A stretch of 48,856 nt of DNA from an uncultured Solobacterium sp. (GCA_927911475.1 CAKMPP010000035.1:1-48856); one strand, 5' to 3'; counted from the stretch's first letter, positions 33,085 through 43,948 are shown. The notes: generated by a model not told the origin, from the letters alone. Translations and numbers: made by a program.

Positions 33085-33168
33085 TAAACATATCCCCCTT
33101 TCAAATATGTTCTTATTATACCACACACCACCATGCTCACTATAGCCCATCAAAAGAAAAAGATGACC

Positions 33169-34220
33169 TTATAGGTCATCTTCAATTGCACCACTCTTAG
33201 CATATGCGGATGGTCTAGCTTCAAAGAAATCAGTCTTTACCATGTTTGCGTCTGAGTATTGTTTTACCCACTTCATGGATTCTGGTTCCTCTGCATATTC
33301 TTCATACAGATTACCAAAACCTAATGTCGCAAAACGTGTATTACCAAGATACTTGATAATAGTCAGTAACCAATCTGCTTATTTAATCCTGGAATTTCAT
33401 CACCAATTACATAGTGTCCCCATGCAATTTCTTGTTCAACACCTGTATTCATCATATCGCGAATCATCTGAATATTTTCTGGTGTAAATAATTCTGGCTC
33501 TTCCTTCTGTAGTTCAACTAATATATTACGGAATAACCATAAGTGTGTTGATTCATCACGGTTAATGTAACGAATTTCCTGTACACTTCCTGGCATCTTG
33601 CCATTTCTTGCAAGGTTATAGAAGAACATAAATCCAGAATAGAAGTAAACACCCTCTAGAATAAAGTTTGCAATACAAACTCTCAAGAAAGATTGTTTAT
33701 CTTGCTTGGCAACGAACTCATTATAGAGTTCACCAATGAATTCATTTCTCTTTAATAAGTGCTCATCTGTCTTCCACTGATAGAGGATATCATTTCTCTG
33801 TTCAGGAGAACAAATGGAGTCTAGCATGTAGCTATATGACTGTGAGTGAATGCACTCTTGGAATGTCTGGATAGACAAGCATAAGTTAACTTCATTTGCA
33901 GTAATATACTGAGAAATGTTTGGTAAGTTAGCAGATTGTAGAGAATCTAAGTAAACTAAGAAACTCAAAATCTTATCGTACGCCGTCTTCTCTGCCAAGC
34001 TAAGATGCGGATAGTCTGACTTGTCTTGATTCAAGTTGATTTCTTCTGGAACCCAGAAGTTATTCATTGCCTGACGGTACCAATCAGATACCCAGTTATA
34101 CTTCATATTATTGAAGTCATTGATATTTGTTGTATTGAAGTTGATAAGACGACGATTACGTACATCAATATCACCCTCAGGGTTGAATAACGGTTTACGA
34201 TTAATCTGATCTGTCTGCAT
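33169..34220 (-). CDS. nrdB: Class I ribonucleotide reductase beta subunit (frameshift near 33365)
   Basis: FWVPEEI, LDSLQ, QECIHSQSY, LEGVYFYSGF, RDESTH; C-terminus KTDFFEARPSAYAK in a shifted frame. Confidence 0.94.
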
Positions 34221-34231
34221 GTTTCTACCTC

Positions 34232-36760
34232 CTATGCGGAACAACTTTCACAATCCTCAGGATCTAAGGCCTTAGAACGTGTGTAGTAGATAGTCTTAAC
34301 TCCACAATCATATGCTAGTACATATAACTGTAATAACTGACTCATCTTATAGTCATTTGTAATCCATAAGTTAAAGCTCTGTGCTTGGTCGATATGACGC
34401 TGACGGATACCAGCAGCTTTAACTGACCAAGTCTGGTCAATTGTATGTGCTGTCTTGTAGTACCAATATGTATCTGCAGATAATTCTGGTGCAGTTCTTG
34501 GTAAGATAGAGCCCTTCTTTTCTTCTAAGAAGAAACGATTCATAACAGGGTCAAGTCCTGCTGAAGTACCGATTAAGATAGATGTAGAACTTGTTGGAGC
34601 GACTGCCAATACATATGCATTACGCATACCTGTTGCATGTACTTCTTCCTTTAGTTCTTTCCAACGTGCAGAATCATATCCACGCTGGTCAAAGTACGCA
34701 CCCGTCTGCCACTCAGAACCTTCAAAGAATTGATAGCTTCCACGTTCCTTGGCTAACGCATTACTTGCCTTAATAGATGCATACGCAATATTTTCAAACA
34801 CTTCATCCACAAACTTCAAGTGTTCTTCACTTTCCCACATAATATGGTTCTTTGCAAGCATGTGGTGGTAACCACTGACACCAAGTCCGATAGAACGATA
34901 CTTATGGTTTGTTACCTTTGCATTTGGTAATGGATAGAAGTTTAGATCGATAACGTTATCGAGAGCACGCACTACAGTTGCAGTAACTTCTTCGATTTCC
35001 TTTGGATCTGTCACATTAATATTACCTAAACATAATGAAGCCAAGTTGCATACAACATAATCACCTGGTTTTGTTGTTGTGACGATAACTTCATCACCAT
35101 CCTCTGTCTGAATAACACGAGAAACCTGCTTCACTTCAGACATGTTCTGTGCAATTTCTGTACAGAGGTTAGAACTATAAATCATACCCTTGTGCTTATT
35201 AGGGTTTGCACGGTTAACCGCATCACGGTAGAAAGCAAATGGAGTTCCTGTTTCTACCATAGACTTCAAGATTAAACGTACAACTTCCTTTAATACAAGA
35301 ACACGTTTAGAGATACGATTGTCATGTACACATTCCCAATATCTCTTTTCCCATTCTTCACCATAGAAGTCCTCAAGGCAATAACCCTTTATCATCAGGA
35401 CATCATGTGGATCAAGAAGATACCAATCTTGGTTCATGTCTTCCTTCACCATCTTCCAGAATAAGTCTGGATAGCATACGGCAGGGAATACGTCATGAGC
35501 CTTCATACGGTCATCACCGTTATTTGTACGTAACTGCAAGAATTCAGGTAGGTCTTTATGCCATACATCGAGATATACTGCTACAGCACCAGCTCTTACA
35601 CCAAGTTGGTCAACCGCAACTGCAGTATCGTTGATGACACGAATCCAACGGATAACACCACCAGATGCACCTTCAAAACCACGGATTGATCCACCACGGG
35701 AGCGAACCTTTCCTAAGTACATACCCATTCCACCACCGAACTTACTAACATCAGCAAAGTTAGAAATGGAATGATAGATACCATCCAATGAATCTGGAAC
35801 AGTATCAATAAAACAGCTAGATAACTGATGATATGGCTTTCTCGCATTTGCTTGTGTAGGAGTTGCCATTGTTACCTGATGTAAACTCATCATATCGTAG
35901 AACTTCTTAACCCAACCGATACGATCATTTGTTTCCTTCATCGCTAAATGCATCGCAATGCCAATATACATTTCCTGTGGTGATTCCAATAGGACATGTT
36001 GGTGACTGCGAATCAAATAACGCTGGGATAATAAGTCTAATCCACTATATGTGAATAAGTTATTACGTGTATTGTCAATTAATGCTGCGATTTCATCAAC
36101 TTCTTTATGAGAATAATTTTCTAAGATATATGCTCCATATAATCCCTGTTCAATCATATAGGAGATCTTATGGTAGAAGCTTGTTAGACCAAGTTTTTCT
36201 TCAGTAGCTTTTAAATCACAAGCAATACTATAACTAAGTAAACGTCCAGCAATTCTCTCCCAGTTTGGTTCTTCTTTCGTTGTAAGTTCAGCAGAACTTC
36301 TTGTTAATAAAGCAATTCTATCTTTCAGAGATTGACCTTCTTTAGACATTGTAGAGAACTTCTCATACAATCTCTTTAAGTCATAGTCTGGATAAGCCTT
36401 CTGGATATCAACCAAAACATCTTCCAACTCTTCGTCACCGATGAGTTTCACTAACTCAAGGCGATCATTACGCATCTGTGTGCGCTTTTCACGGTATAAG
36501 ATATAACTCTTTGCGACGTTATACTTTTCATTCTTCATCAAGATCTTTTCAACAGTATCTTGAATTTCTTCAACATCAACTTCTTGACGACCGTCAAACT
36601 GTGCTTCAATCTGCACTAGTAAGTCAGAAAGATATGCTTGATCAACACTTTCATTTACGCTTAGGAACGATTTTTCTATCGCTAAAATAATCTTCGCTCC
36701 ATCATATGGAACAACTTGCCCGTTACGTTTTACTATCCTATCCACAACTTTTACCTCCAC
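34232..36760 (-). CDS. nrdA: Class I ribonucleotide reductase alpha subunit with N-terminal ATP cone
   Basis: IVKRNG ATP cone, QLSSCF, SNLCTEI, VCNLAS, APTSSTS, TIYYTR, C-terminal CESC. Confidence 0.96.
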   Translation of the reverse strand: MEVKVVDRIVKRNGQVVPYDGAKIILAIEKSFLSVNESVDQAYLSDLLVQIEAQFDGRQEVDVEEIQDTVEKILMKNEKYNVAKSYILYREKRTQMRNDRLELVKLIGDEELEDVLVDIQKAYPDYDLKRLYEKFSTMSKEGQSLKDRIALLTRSSAELTTKEEPNWERIAGRLLSYSIACDLKATEEKLGLTSFYHKISYMIEQGLYGAYILENYSHKEVDEIAALIDNTRNNLFTYSGLDLLSQRYLIRSHQHVLLESPQEMYIGIAMHLAMKETNDRIGWVKKFYDMMSLHQVTMATPTQANARKPYHQLSSCFIDTVPDSLDGIYHSISNFADVSKFGGGMGMYLGKVRSRGGSIRGFEGASGGVIRWIRVINDTAVAVDQLGVRAGAVAVYLDVWHKDLPEFLQLRTNNGDDRMKAHDVFPAVCYPDLFWKMVKEDMNQDWYLLDPHDVLMIKGYCLEDFYGEEWEKRYWECVHDNRISKRVLVLKEVVRLILKSMVETGTPFAFYRDAVNRANPNKHKGMIYSSNLCTEIAQNMSEVKQVSRVIQTEDGDEVIVTTTKPGDYVVCNLASLCLGNINVTDPKEIEEVTATVVRALDNVIDLNFYPLPNAKVTNHKYRSIGLGVSGYHHMLAKNHIMWESEEHLKFVDEVFENIAYASIKASNALAKERGSYQFFEGSEWQTGAYFDQRGYDSARWKELKEEVHATGMRNAYVLAVAPTSSTSILIGTSAGLDPVMNRFFLEEKKGSILPRTAPELSADTYWYYKTAHTIDQTWSVKAAGIRQRHIDQAQSFNLWITNDYKMSQLLQLYVLAYDCGVKTIYYTRSKALDPEDCESCSA

Positions 36761-36954
36761 TGAATCCTGTCTTTCAATAGCATAATAAAAAAAGAATTAT
36801 TTTTCTATTTGAATGCCCAATTTTTTCGATAAATTTCCCCTCTAAAAGCCCTATTATTTTGAATGTTGAAAATCCCTCATTTTATTCTCTGAAATCATCT
36901 AATATTTTCATTTATGATGCATGAAAACTTTGCATAATTTTTATTTGAAATATC

Positions 36955-36977
36955 AAAAAAGCCCACCTAGAGGGCTT
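36955..36977 (-). terminator. Terminator after the 54-aa ORF
   Basis: Minus strand AAGCCC-TCTAGGT-GGGCTTTTTT. Confidence 0.7.
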
Positions 36978-37006
36978 GCCAAAAGTAATCAATTCTCATT
37001 GACAGA

Positions 37007-37171
37007 TTATTCCATACCTGCTTTTCTGTATTGTTCATTAACCCACTCTTTGAACTTTTCAGCTGCCTCAACAGCTTCGGCAGGAGCGTCATCTTTTAAT
37101 TTCGCTCCAATCATATATGGCTTATAGATTGATTTTAACTTTTTTATTTCTTCAGGATATATCAGTCTCAT
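37007..37171 (-). CDS. Small hypothetical protein (54 aa), not in the ORF track
   Basis: MRLIYPEEIKKLKSIYKPYMIGAKLKDDAPAEAVEAAEKFKEWVNEQYRKAGME*; RBS AAAGGGGG, upstream promoter and downstream terminator. Confidence 0.75.
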   Translation of the reverse strand: MRLIYPEEIKKLKSIYKPYMIGAKLKDDAPAEAVEAAEKFKEWVNEQYRKAGME

Positions 37172-37221
37172 GTAATCATCCCCCTTTATACATTTAGTTT
37201 ATTGTCATCAACTGTTATCTC

Positions 37222-37250
37222 ATTGTACTACCTAAATATATACATGTCAT
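37222..37250 (-). promoter_or_regulatory. Putative sigma-A promoter of the 54-aa ORF
   Basis: ATGACA-17 bp-TACAAT on the minus strand. Confidence 0.55.
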
Positions 37251-37356
37251 TTTCTTCCTAATAAATCAGCTTTATGAAAAATGCTTTTTAAATGGTGCCA
37301 ATTGTAGGCCACAAAAAAAGAAAAAGCCTTTAAAATAAGGCTTTATCTCTATAAAG

Positions 37357-37427
37357 TGCCGCTTAGCAGAATTGAACTGCTCGTTCATCCTTACCATGGA
37401 TGCGTATTACCACTATACTAAAGCGGC
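37357..37427 (-). tRNA. tRNA-Thr(GGT)
   Basis: Acceptor GCCGCTT/AAGCGGC, anticodon arm CATCC-ATGGTAA-GGATG, T-arm AGCAG-TTCAATT-CTGCT; CCA not encoded. Confidence 0.93.
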
Positions 37428-37462
37428 ATAGCCTTTATATAATAACAAACTACACCTAAAAA

Positions 37463-38026
37463 TCAATAATCCGTACTGTTTTTCAGTTCGTTATAAACAA
37501 CCTGTAAAGGTAGGCCCATAATGGCATAATAATCTCCATGAATCTCTTTAATGTATCTGCCACCAAATCCTTGTATTGCGTAAGCACCTGCTTTATCTCT
37601 TGTTTCTCCTGTATAAATGTAGTCCCAGATTTCTTCATCACTCATTACAGCGAAATATACATCCGCAATACTCGCGTATGTAAAGCACGTCTTTTGGCTG
37701 ATGATGCACAAGCTTGTTAGCACTTGGCTCTTATGGTTTTGAAGTTTCTTTAACATTCGAAAAGCATCTTCATCATCTTCCGGTTTTCCCATAACTTGGT
37801 TATCACATAAAACCAAAGTATCACTACCGATAACAATAGCTTCAGGATGTCGTTCCAATACAGTTTCTGCCTTACGACGGGATAAGTTTTTACTTTCTTC
37901 AACAAGGTCTGCCTGCAAGTCAATGGTCTCATCAATATCAGCCGGATCACAGATAAATGTGAATCCTGTTTTCTCTAATAACTCTTTTCTTCGTGGACTT
38001 TGTGAAGCTAGTACAATTTCTCTCAT
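37463..38026 (-). CDS. maf: Maf nucleoside-triphosphate pyrophosphatase
   Basis: LASQSPRRKELL, IGSDT, GKP, DKAGAYAIQG, IMGLP. Confidence 0.94.
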   Translation of the reverse strand: MREIVLASQSPRRKELLEKTGFTFICDPADIDETIDLQADLVEESKNLSRRKAETVLERHPEAIVIGSDTLVLCDNQVMGKPEDDEDAFRMLKKLQNHKSQVLTSLCIISQKTCFTYASIADVYFAVMSDEEIWDYIYTGETRDKAGAYAIQGFGGRYIKEIHGDYYAIMGLPLQVVYNELKNSTDY

Positions 38027-38127
38027 AAATATCCTCTTTCTTTTATTATTTTATGAAAAATTAGGAATTAATGAAAGTGCTTACGTGATATAATTATCAG
38101 AGGAATAAAAATTGAAAGGGATTAAGA

Positions 38128-39036
38128 ATGAAGAAGCCTACATTAGTTATTTTGGCTGCCGGAATGGGTAGCCGCTATGGCGGAATGAAACAGATTGATG
38201 GAGTCGGAAGCCATGGTGAACCAATCATAGAATTTTCTATCTATGACGCAAAAGAAGCAGGATTTGAGGATGTTGTTCTCATCATCCGTCGCGAACATGA
38301 ACAAGCATTCCATGCTGCATTAACAGACCGCGTATCTAAGGGAATGAACGTGAAGTTTGCATATCAGGATATTAACAATGTCCCATCTGATATAACAGTA
38401 CCTGAAGGACGTGAAAAGCCATGGGGAACTACACATGCATTACTTTCATGCAAAGGTGTTGTTGATGGACCATTTGCGATTATCAACGCAGATGACTTCT
38501 ATGGTAAGGATGCATATAAAGTTATCTATAACTTCTTAACAACAGAAGTAAGTGATGACCATTACGCAATGGTTGGTTATGCCGCAAATAACACACTTAC
38601 AGACCATGGAACAGTGACACGTGGTGTATGCCAACAAGACGAAAACGGTAATCTCACAAGCATTGTCGAAGTACAGAAGATTGCTCGTAAGGATGGCAAG
38701 GTTGTTTATGATGACAACGGAACTTGGAAAGAAATGGATCCTAATGCATTAGTATCTATGAACTTCTGGGGATTTACACCTAAGGTATTTGATGACATGG
38801 ATGTATACTTTGATGAATTCATTCATGCAAATATAGAATCTAATCCAATGAAATGTGAATATGTTATTCCTACAACAGTTGGCCAGATGGTTAAGGATGG
38901 TAAGTGCACTGTTAAAGTACTTTCCTCTAAAGACCAATGGTTTGGTGTAACATATCAGGAAGATAAACCACTTGTAGTTGAAAAGATTGCTGAAATGAAG
39001 GAAGCTGGAATCTATCCAGATATTCTTTGGAAGTAA
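38128..39036 (+). CDS. Sugar-phosphate nucleotidyltransferase family protein
   Basis: LAAGMGSRYGGMKQ, EKPWGT, INADDFYG, WFGVTY. Confidence 0.88.
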   Translation: MKKPTLVILAAGMGSRYGGMKQIDGVGSHGEPIIEFSIYDAKEAGFEDVVLIIRREHEQAFHAALTDRVSKGMNVKFAYQDINNVPSDITVPEGREKPWGTTHALLSCKGVVDGPFAIINADDFYGKDAYKVIYNFLTTEVSDDHYAMVGYAANNTLTDHGTVTRGVCQQDENGNLTSIVEVQKIARKDGKVVYDDNGTWKEMDPNALVSMNFWGFTPKVFDDMDVYFDEFIHANIESNPMKCEYVIPTTVGQMVKDGKCTVKVLSSKDQWFGVTYQEDKPLVVEKIAEMKEAGIYPDILWK

Positions 39037-39038
39037 TT

Positions 39039-39072
39039 AAGCTCCTGTGCTAAATGCACAAGAGCTTTTCTT
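39039..39072. terminator. Terminator between convergent genes
   Basis: AAGCTC-CTGTGC...GCACA-AGAGCTTTT. Confidence 0.7.
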
Positions 39073-39073
39073 T

Positions 39074-39997
39074 TTACATATATTTTCTTAGAAAGCGCAA
39101 AACATTGCGATATGCAATATCTTTGATTTCTTCACTTGTAAATCCTACACGCTGCAATGCTTTGATGAAATTCTGTGCCTGGGAAGGACCATACATATTA
39201 TGCTCCTCACCATCATTATAATATTCACCAAAGTCAAACCCACAAGCAACATGTTTTACTCCAACAAGATCTGCTACGTACTTTGCATGTTTTGCTAGAT
39301 GTAGTGCATCTTGTTTTTGTTGTTCTGTATGAATAAACGAACAACATGCATTCATACCAATTAAACCATCTTTACTTGCAATAGCACGAATCTGTTGATC
39401 TGTAAGGTTTCTTTCCACAAAACAACGACCCTTTGCATTTGAGTGTGTCGCGATTACCGGTTGTGTTGAACAGGATAGAATATCCCAGAATGTCTTCTCA
39501 TTTGCATGAGATACATCCACAATCATATGTAATTCATTCATTTTGGCAATTGCTTGCTTACCAAGTTCTGTTAACCCTCTTGTAGGATCACCTGAGTTGC
39601 CTGTCGCAAGTGCATTTTGATCATTCCAACATAGTGAACCAATCCGATTACCCTCGTCGTATAACCATTGAATCTTCTCTTCTACATCTTCATGAATGCC
39701 ACACATTCCCTCAATGGTCATTAAGAATGCTGTCCCCTGTTGCTCATCATCTAAATCATCCTTGGTATAGATAACTTTATATCCAGAGGCAGTAATATCA
39801 TTCTTCACTTTCATAACAACATCTTGCATCTCTTGCCAGCTCTCCGTTCCTACAAAGAAACTAGCTGCAGAAGTATATGCAATCTGCCCTTGTTTAAAAC
39901 GAGTACTCCAATCTTTCTTTAAGATGGATGTTTTACCATCTGTGTAAAATGGTTTAATAGCTTCTGCTAAGTCCGCATGTAAATCAAAGATTTTCAT
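39074..39997 (-). CDS. Membrane dipeptidase (peptidase M19) family
   Basis: DLHAD, TIEG, GLTELG, VDVSHAN, ATHSN, RNLTD, GFDF. Confidence 0.92.
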   Translation of the reverse strand: MKIFDLHADLAEAIKPFYTDGKTSILKKDWSTRFKQGQIAYTSAASFFVGTESWQEMQDVVMKVKNDITASGYKVIYTKDDLDDEQQGTAFLMTIEGMCGIHEDVEEKIQWLYDEGNRIGSLCWNDQNALATGNSGDPTRGLTELGKQAIAKMNELHMIVDVSHANEKTFWDILSCSTQPVIATHSNAKGRCFVERNLTDQQIRAIASKDGLIGMNACCSFIHTEQQKQDALHLAKHAKYVADLVGVKHVACGFDFGEYYNDGEEHNMYGPSQAQNFIKALQRVGFTSEEIKDIAYRNVLRFLRKYM

Positions 39998-40771
39998 AGT
40001 CTTTCCCCTTATTGATATCGTATAAAATCTTCATTCCCTTAAATGCTATATCCGCATCGTATGCATTAATCTCATCTGTTTCACTTGCGATAATCTTACC
40101 TAAACCACCTGTCGCAATAACCATGCATGATGGATCATGAGCTCCTTCTTCATTGTTTTAATAATGTGTTCTACAGAACCGATATAGCCATATACAACAC
40201 CTGCTTGCATACCTTCAATTGTATTGGTACCAAGTACAGACTTTGGCTTTACAATCTCAATTTCCGGTAACTTAGCCGTCATAGAAGTTAATGCATTCAG
40301 ACTAATACCTAAACCTGGCTGAATTACAACATAGCGGAAGACACCATTTTGATCAATGTAGTCATAGGTCGTTGCAGTACCAAAGTCTACAATAATGCAT
40401 GAGCGATGAAACGTATTCCATGCATAGGTTGTGTTCACAATACGGTCTGCACCAATTGACCTAGGTGCCTCTGTATCAAGTTTGATATCCATTTGCATCT
40501 CATTTGTTACAATCATTGGTTTTTGATGTAAATATTTAATCACTGCAGAAGTTAAAGAATACATTAGTTTTGGTACAACGGAAGAAATAATAATGCCAGT
40601 AATATCCGCAGCTTTTAACTGTAATGTATTTAAGAATGTTGTAATGAAGAAACCGTACTCATCACTCGTACGTGTCGTTTGTGTCATAAGACGATAACGA
40701 CCAACAATCTTTTCTCCATCAAGAATTCCCATGGAAATATTTGTATTTCCAACATCAATTGTTAATAACAT
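39984..40771 (-). CDS. coaX: Type III pantothenate kinase (frameshift near 40135)
   Basis: IDVGNTN, SSVVP, IGADR, VDFGTATT; C-terminal VIATGGLG in a shifted frame. Confidence 0.94.
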
Positions 40772-40779
40772 AGTTGTCC

Positions 40780-41964
40780 TCACTTCTTTAGGCAATGGCG
40801 CAATATTTCTTTCGCTGTTTCATCTTTGGATATATCCTAAATCTTCTACACTTGTTGGTGAAATGATTTTTGACAAATATTTGTATCTACACCAAAACCA
40901 GCGCCAGGTTCACGGATACTATTTGCGATAATATAATTTGCATTTTTTTCTTGTAGCTTCTTTGCGGCGTTTTCTAATAAATTCTCTGTTTCCATCGCAA
41001 AGCCAATTACCATCTGGTCTTCACGCTTCTTCTGTCCGATTGTTAGAAGAATATCCTGCGTGCGTTTAAGAGCGATGGATAAATCACCATCTGTCTTTTT
41101 GATTTTCTGTTCTGCCTTTTCAATTGGTGTATAATCTGCAACTGCCGCAGACATGATTAGAACATCAGCTTTTTCGAAATTATCAATAACACACTTAGCC
41201 ATATCAGCTGCACTTGTCACACTTACAACATCAACACCGTATGGTTTTGGTAGGTTTGTCTTCCCTGAAATTAGTGTTACCCTAGCACCTGCATTACGTG
41301 CTTCCTTTGCTAATGCATAACCCATCTTTCCAGTTGAATGATTTGTAATATATCGTATCGGATCAAGCTCTTCTTGCGTAGCACCTGCAGTTATCACAAC
41401 ATGTCTTCCATTTAGATAACGGTCTGTTTCTACAAGAGACGCAATCGCATCTTCGATTTCTTCTGGTTCAGGTAAACGTCCTGCACCTACATCACCACAA
41501 GCAAGATATCCAGCACCACTGCACATGATATGTATACCGTATTTTTGACATGTCGCAATATTATCCTGTGTGATTGGATTATTTAACATATTTGTATTCA
41601 TTGCAGGAACAATTAACTTTGGACATGTCGAAGCTAAGAATGTAGTCGTTAACATATCATCCGCTAAACCATGTGCAATCTTCGCAATAATATTTGCGGT
41701 AGCTGGCGCCACGACAAATAAATCAGCTTTCTTCGCTAGTGAGATATGATGAACATCTGGTGTATAATCCACTGTAAACATATCTGTAATGACCTTTTGA
41801 TTACTGAGTGTTTGGAATGTTAGAGGCGTTACAAACTTCTCTGCTTCCTTTGTCATAATGACATGAACTTCATTTCCCTGCTTTTTCAGTGAGGAAACTA
41901 ACTGACAAATTTTATATGCAGCAATCCCTGCTGTTACTCCTACGACAATACACTTATTTTTCAT
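40780..41964 (-). CDS. coaBC: Phosphopantothenoylcysteine decarboxylase/synthetase (frameshifts at the 3' end)
   Basis: GIAAYK, APATAN, PAMNTNM, LACGDVGAGR, ITNHSTGKMG, AAVADY, GFAME. Confidence 0.96.
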
Positions 41965-42034
41965 ATACCCTACCTTCTTGTAAATATTATAACACGCAAA
42001 ATATGCTAATATTAGTGGCAGAGGTATATGAAAT

Positions 42035-42594
42035 ATGACGAATCCACAGACATTTTTAGTAGTATCCGATATTCACGGTGCTCTTTCAGGTGCTAAAGCA
42101 ATGGAAGAGGCCTTCTCATATCATCACGCAGATAAAATTCTCTGCCTAGGAGATGTTTTATATCACGGTCCAAGAAAATGACTTACCAAGCCGACTATGC
42201 CCCAAAAAGAAGTCATTTCAATCATAATGCATTCAAAGATAAGATTATTGCAGTACGTGGTAACTGTGATGCGGAAGTAGACCAGATGGTACTGAACTTT
42301 CCAATTACTGCTGACTACAATATCCTTTTCCATGGAGCACATCAAATCTTTATGTCACACGGCCATGTATATGGTCCAAATAATCTACCTACCCTAAGTG
42401 TGGGAGATAGTTTCCTCTCAGGTCACACGCATATTCCAACTGCTTATGAAAAAGATGGTATCTTACTTTTAAACCCAGGATCCATCTCTTTACCAAAAGA
42501 AAACCATCCAAGAACATACGCCATTATCAACGAAGATGGATTTACAGTTTACACACTTGATCATAAACAATACATGCATACAGATTGGCTATAA
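42035..42594 (+). CDS. YfcE-family metallophosphodiesterase (frameshift near 42175)
   Basis: VSDIHG, LGDVLYHGPR, RGNCD, SHGH, GHTH, NPGS. Confidence 0.9.
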
Positions 42595-42632
42595 ATCATG
42601 TATAATATAGAAAAGAAAGTTGAGGATTAATC

Positions 42633-43350
42633 ATGTCTACACCACATAACAGTGCCGAAAAAGGCCAGTTTGCAAAAACAGTCTTAATGCCAGGTGATCC
42701 ACTTCGTGCAAAGTTTATCGCTGAAACATTCTTGGAGAATCCAGTATTAGTTAATAACGTACGCGGTGTTCAAGGATACACAGGAACTTGGAAAGGTGAG
42801 CCTGTATCCGTTATGGCATCAGGAATGGGAATGCCATCTATCGGCATCTACTCTTACGAGTTATTTACAGAATATGATGTAGAAAACATTATTCGTATCG
42901 GTTCTGCTGGTGCTTATCAACCAGAATTAAAATTATTTGATGTCATTCTAGCAGATGCAGCTTATTCCGAATCTTCATTCGCAAGAGAACAGTGCGGAAA
43001 TACAAGCGATACAATTAAGCCATCTGCAGAATTAAATGAAAAGATTAAAAAAGGCTGCAGAAAATCTTGGAATGAAGATTACTGAAGGTTTAATTCATTC
43101 ATCTGACGTATTCTATCGCGAAAAGAACGTTACATACTTACCAAAGGTAGTAGATGAACTACATTGCTTAGGTGTTGAAATGGAAAGTTTTGCACTATTC
43201 TCAAATGCAAATGTATTAGGAAAGAACGCAGCTTGCTTACTAACAATTTCTGATAGCTTTGTATCACCAGAAATTACAACTGCTGAACAACGTCAAACAG
43301 CTTTCACAGATATGATGAAGATTGCTTTAGACGCTGCAATCGCTGACTAA
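42633..43350 (+). CDS. deoD: Purine nucleoside phosphorylase (frameshift in an A-run near 43050)
   Basis: STPHN, MPGDPLRA, GMGMPS, IRIGSAG, GVEMES, ISDS. Confidence 0.96.
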
Positions 43351-43353
43351 ATC

Positions 43354-43381
43354 AAAAAGTGAACTAATTGGTTCACTTTTT
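43354..43381. terminator. Bidirectional terminator
   Basis: AAAAAGTGAAC-TAATTG-GTTCACTTTTT. Confidence 0.8.
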
Positions 43382-43948
43382 GATTGCACTATTTAATACT
43401 TCCTCATCATTTGGAAACTCTTCTAGGAATGTATCCATCACTACCTGACACAAACCTGCAACTTCTTTTGAATATCCTAATCGCTTTGGTAAGCGCACAA
43501 AGATATTTATGATTTCATCTGCCACATTTCCAACAACTACATGTTCATCGCGCTTCCCCATTCCAAAGAAGTATGATTTTGAATTGTTCTTTTTACTTAA
43601 ACGAATGTAGGTTCTAGCCAGATGTCTCCACTCTGCAGTTAGATATTCAGATTGTTCATCATTTAGCGCTAGTTCTTTTAGGAATTGTTGAAATTCCTGC
43701 TTTTTCTTTGTAAGTACAAAACTTCCAAAACTTTCATCTGCCATCATCTTCATCATCAAACATGCATGCATAAAGTGATCTGCGGGCTTTCTTAACTTTG
43801 CATTTCCATACCGCTTCATTAAAACTTCCAACATACCCTTTACCATTTCATCTTCACTATGATCATTTTGGTATTCTTGAAGTAATATGTAGCGTTCATA
43901 ACTATTGTCTAGAGAATAATATTTTTCTTTTAGTTCATTGATTTCCAT
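43373..43948 (-). CDS. Hypothetical helical protein (DUF6553-like, from recall)
   Basis: Uninterrupted ORF; KRYG..ADHFM and EWRHLARTYI motifs. Confidence 0.7.
   Translation of the reverse strand: MEINELKEKYYSLDNSYERYILLQEYQNDHSEDEMVKGMLEVLMKRYGNAKLRKPADHFMHACLMMKMMADESFGSFVLTKKKQEFQQFLKELALNDEQSEYLTAEWRHLARTYIRLSKKNNSKSYFFGMGKRDEHVVVGNVADEIINIFVRLPKRLGYSKEVAGLCQVVMDTFLEEFPNDEEVLNSAIKK

Noticed and set aside
34232..36760. Intein or intron in nrdA
   Set aside because: The ORF is continuous, of normal length, with catalytic motifs at expected spacing
38072..38085. cre-like site TGAAAGTGCTTACG before the nucleotidyltransferase gene
   Set aside because: Lacks the central CG of cre sites; uncertain
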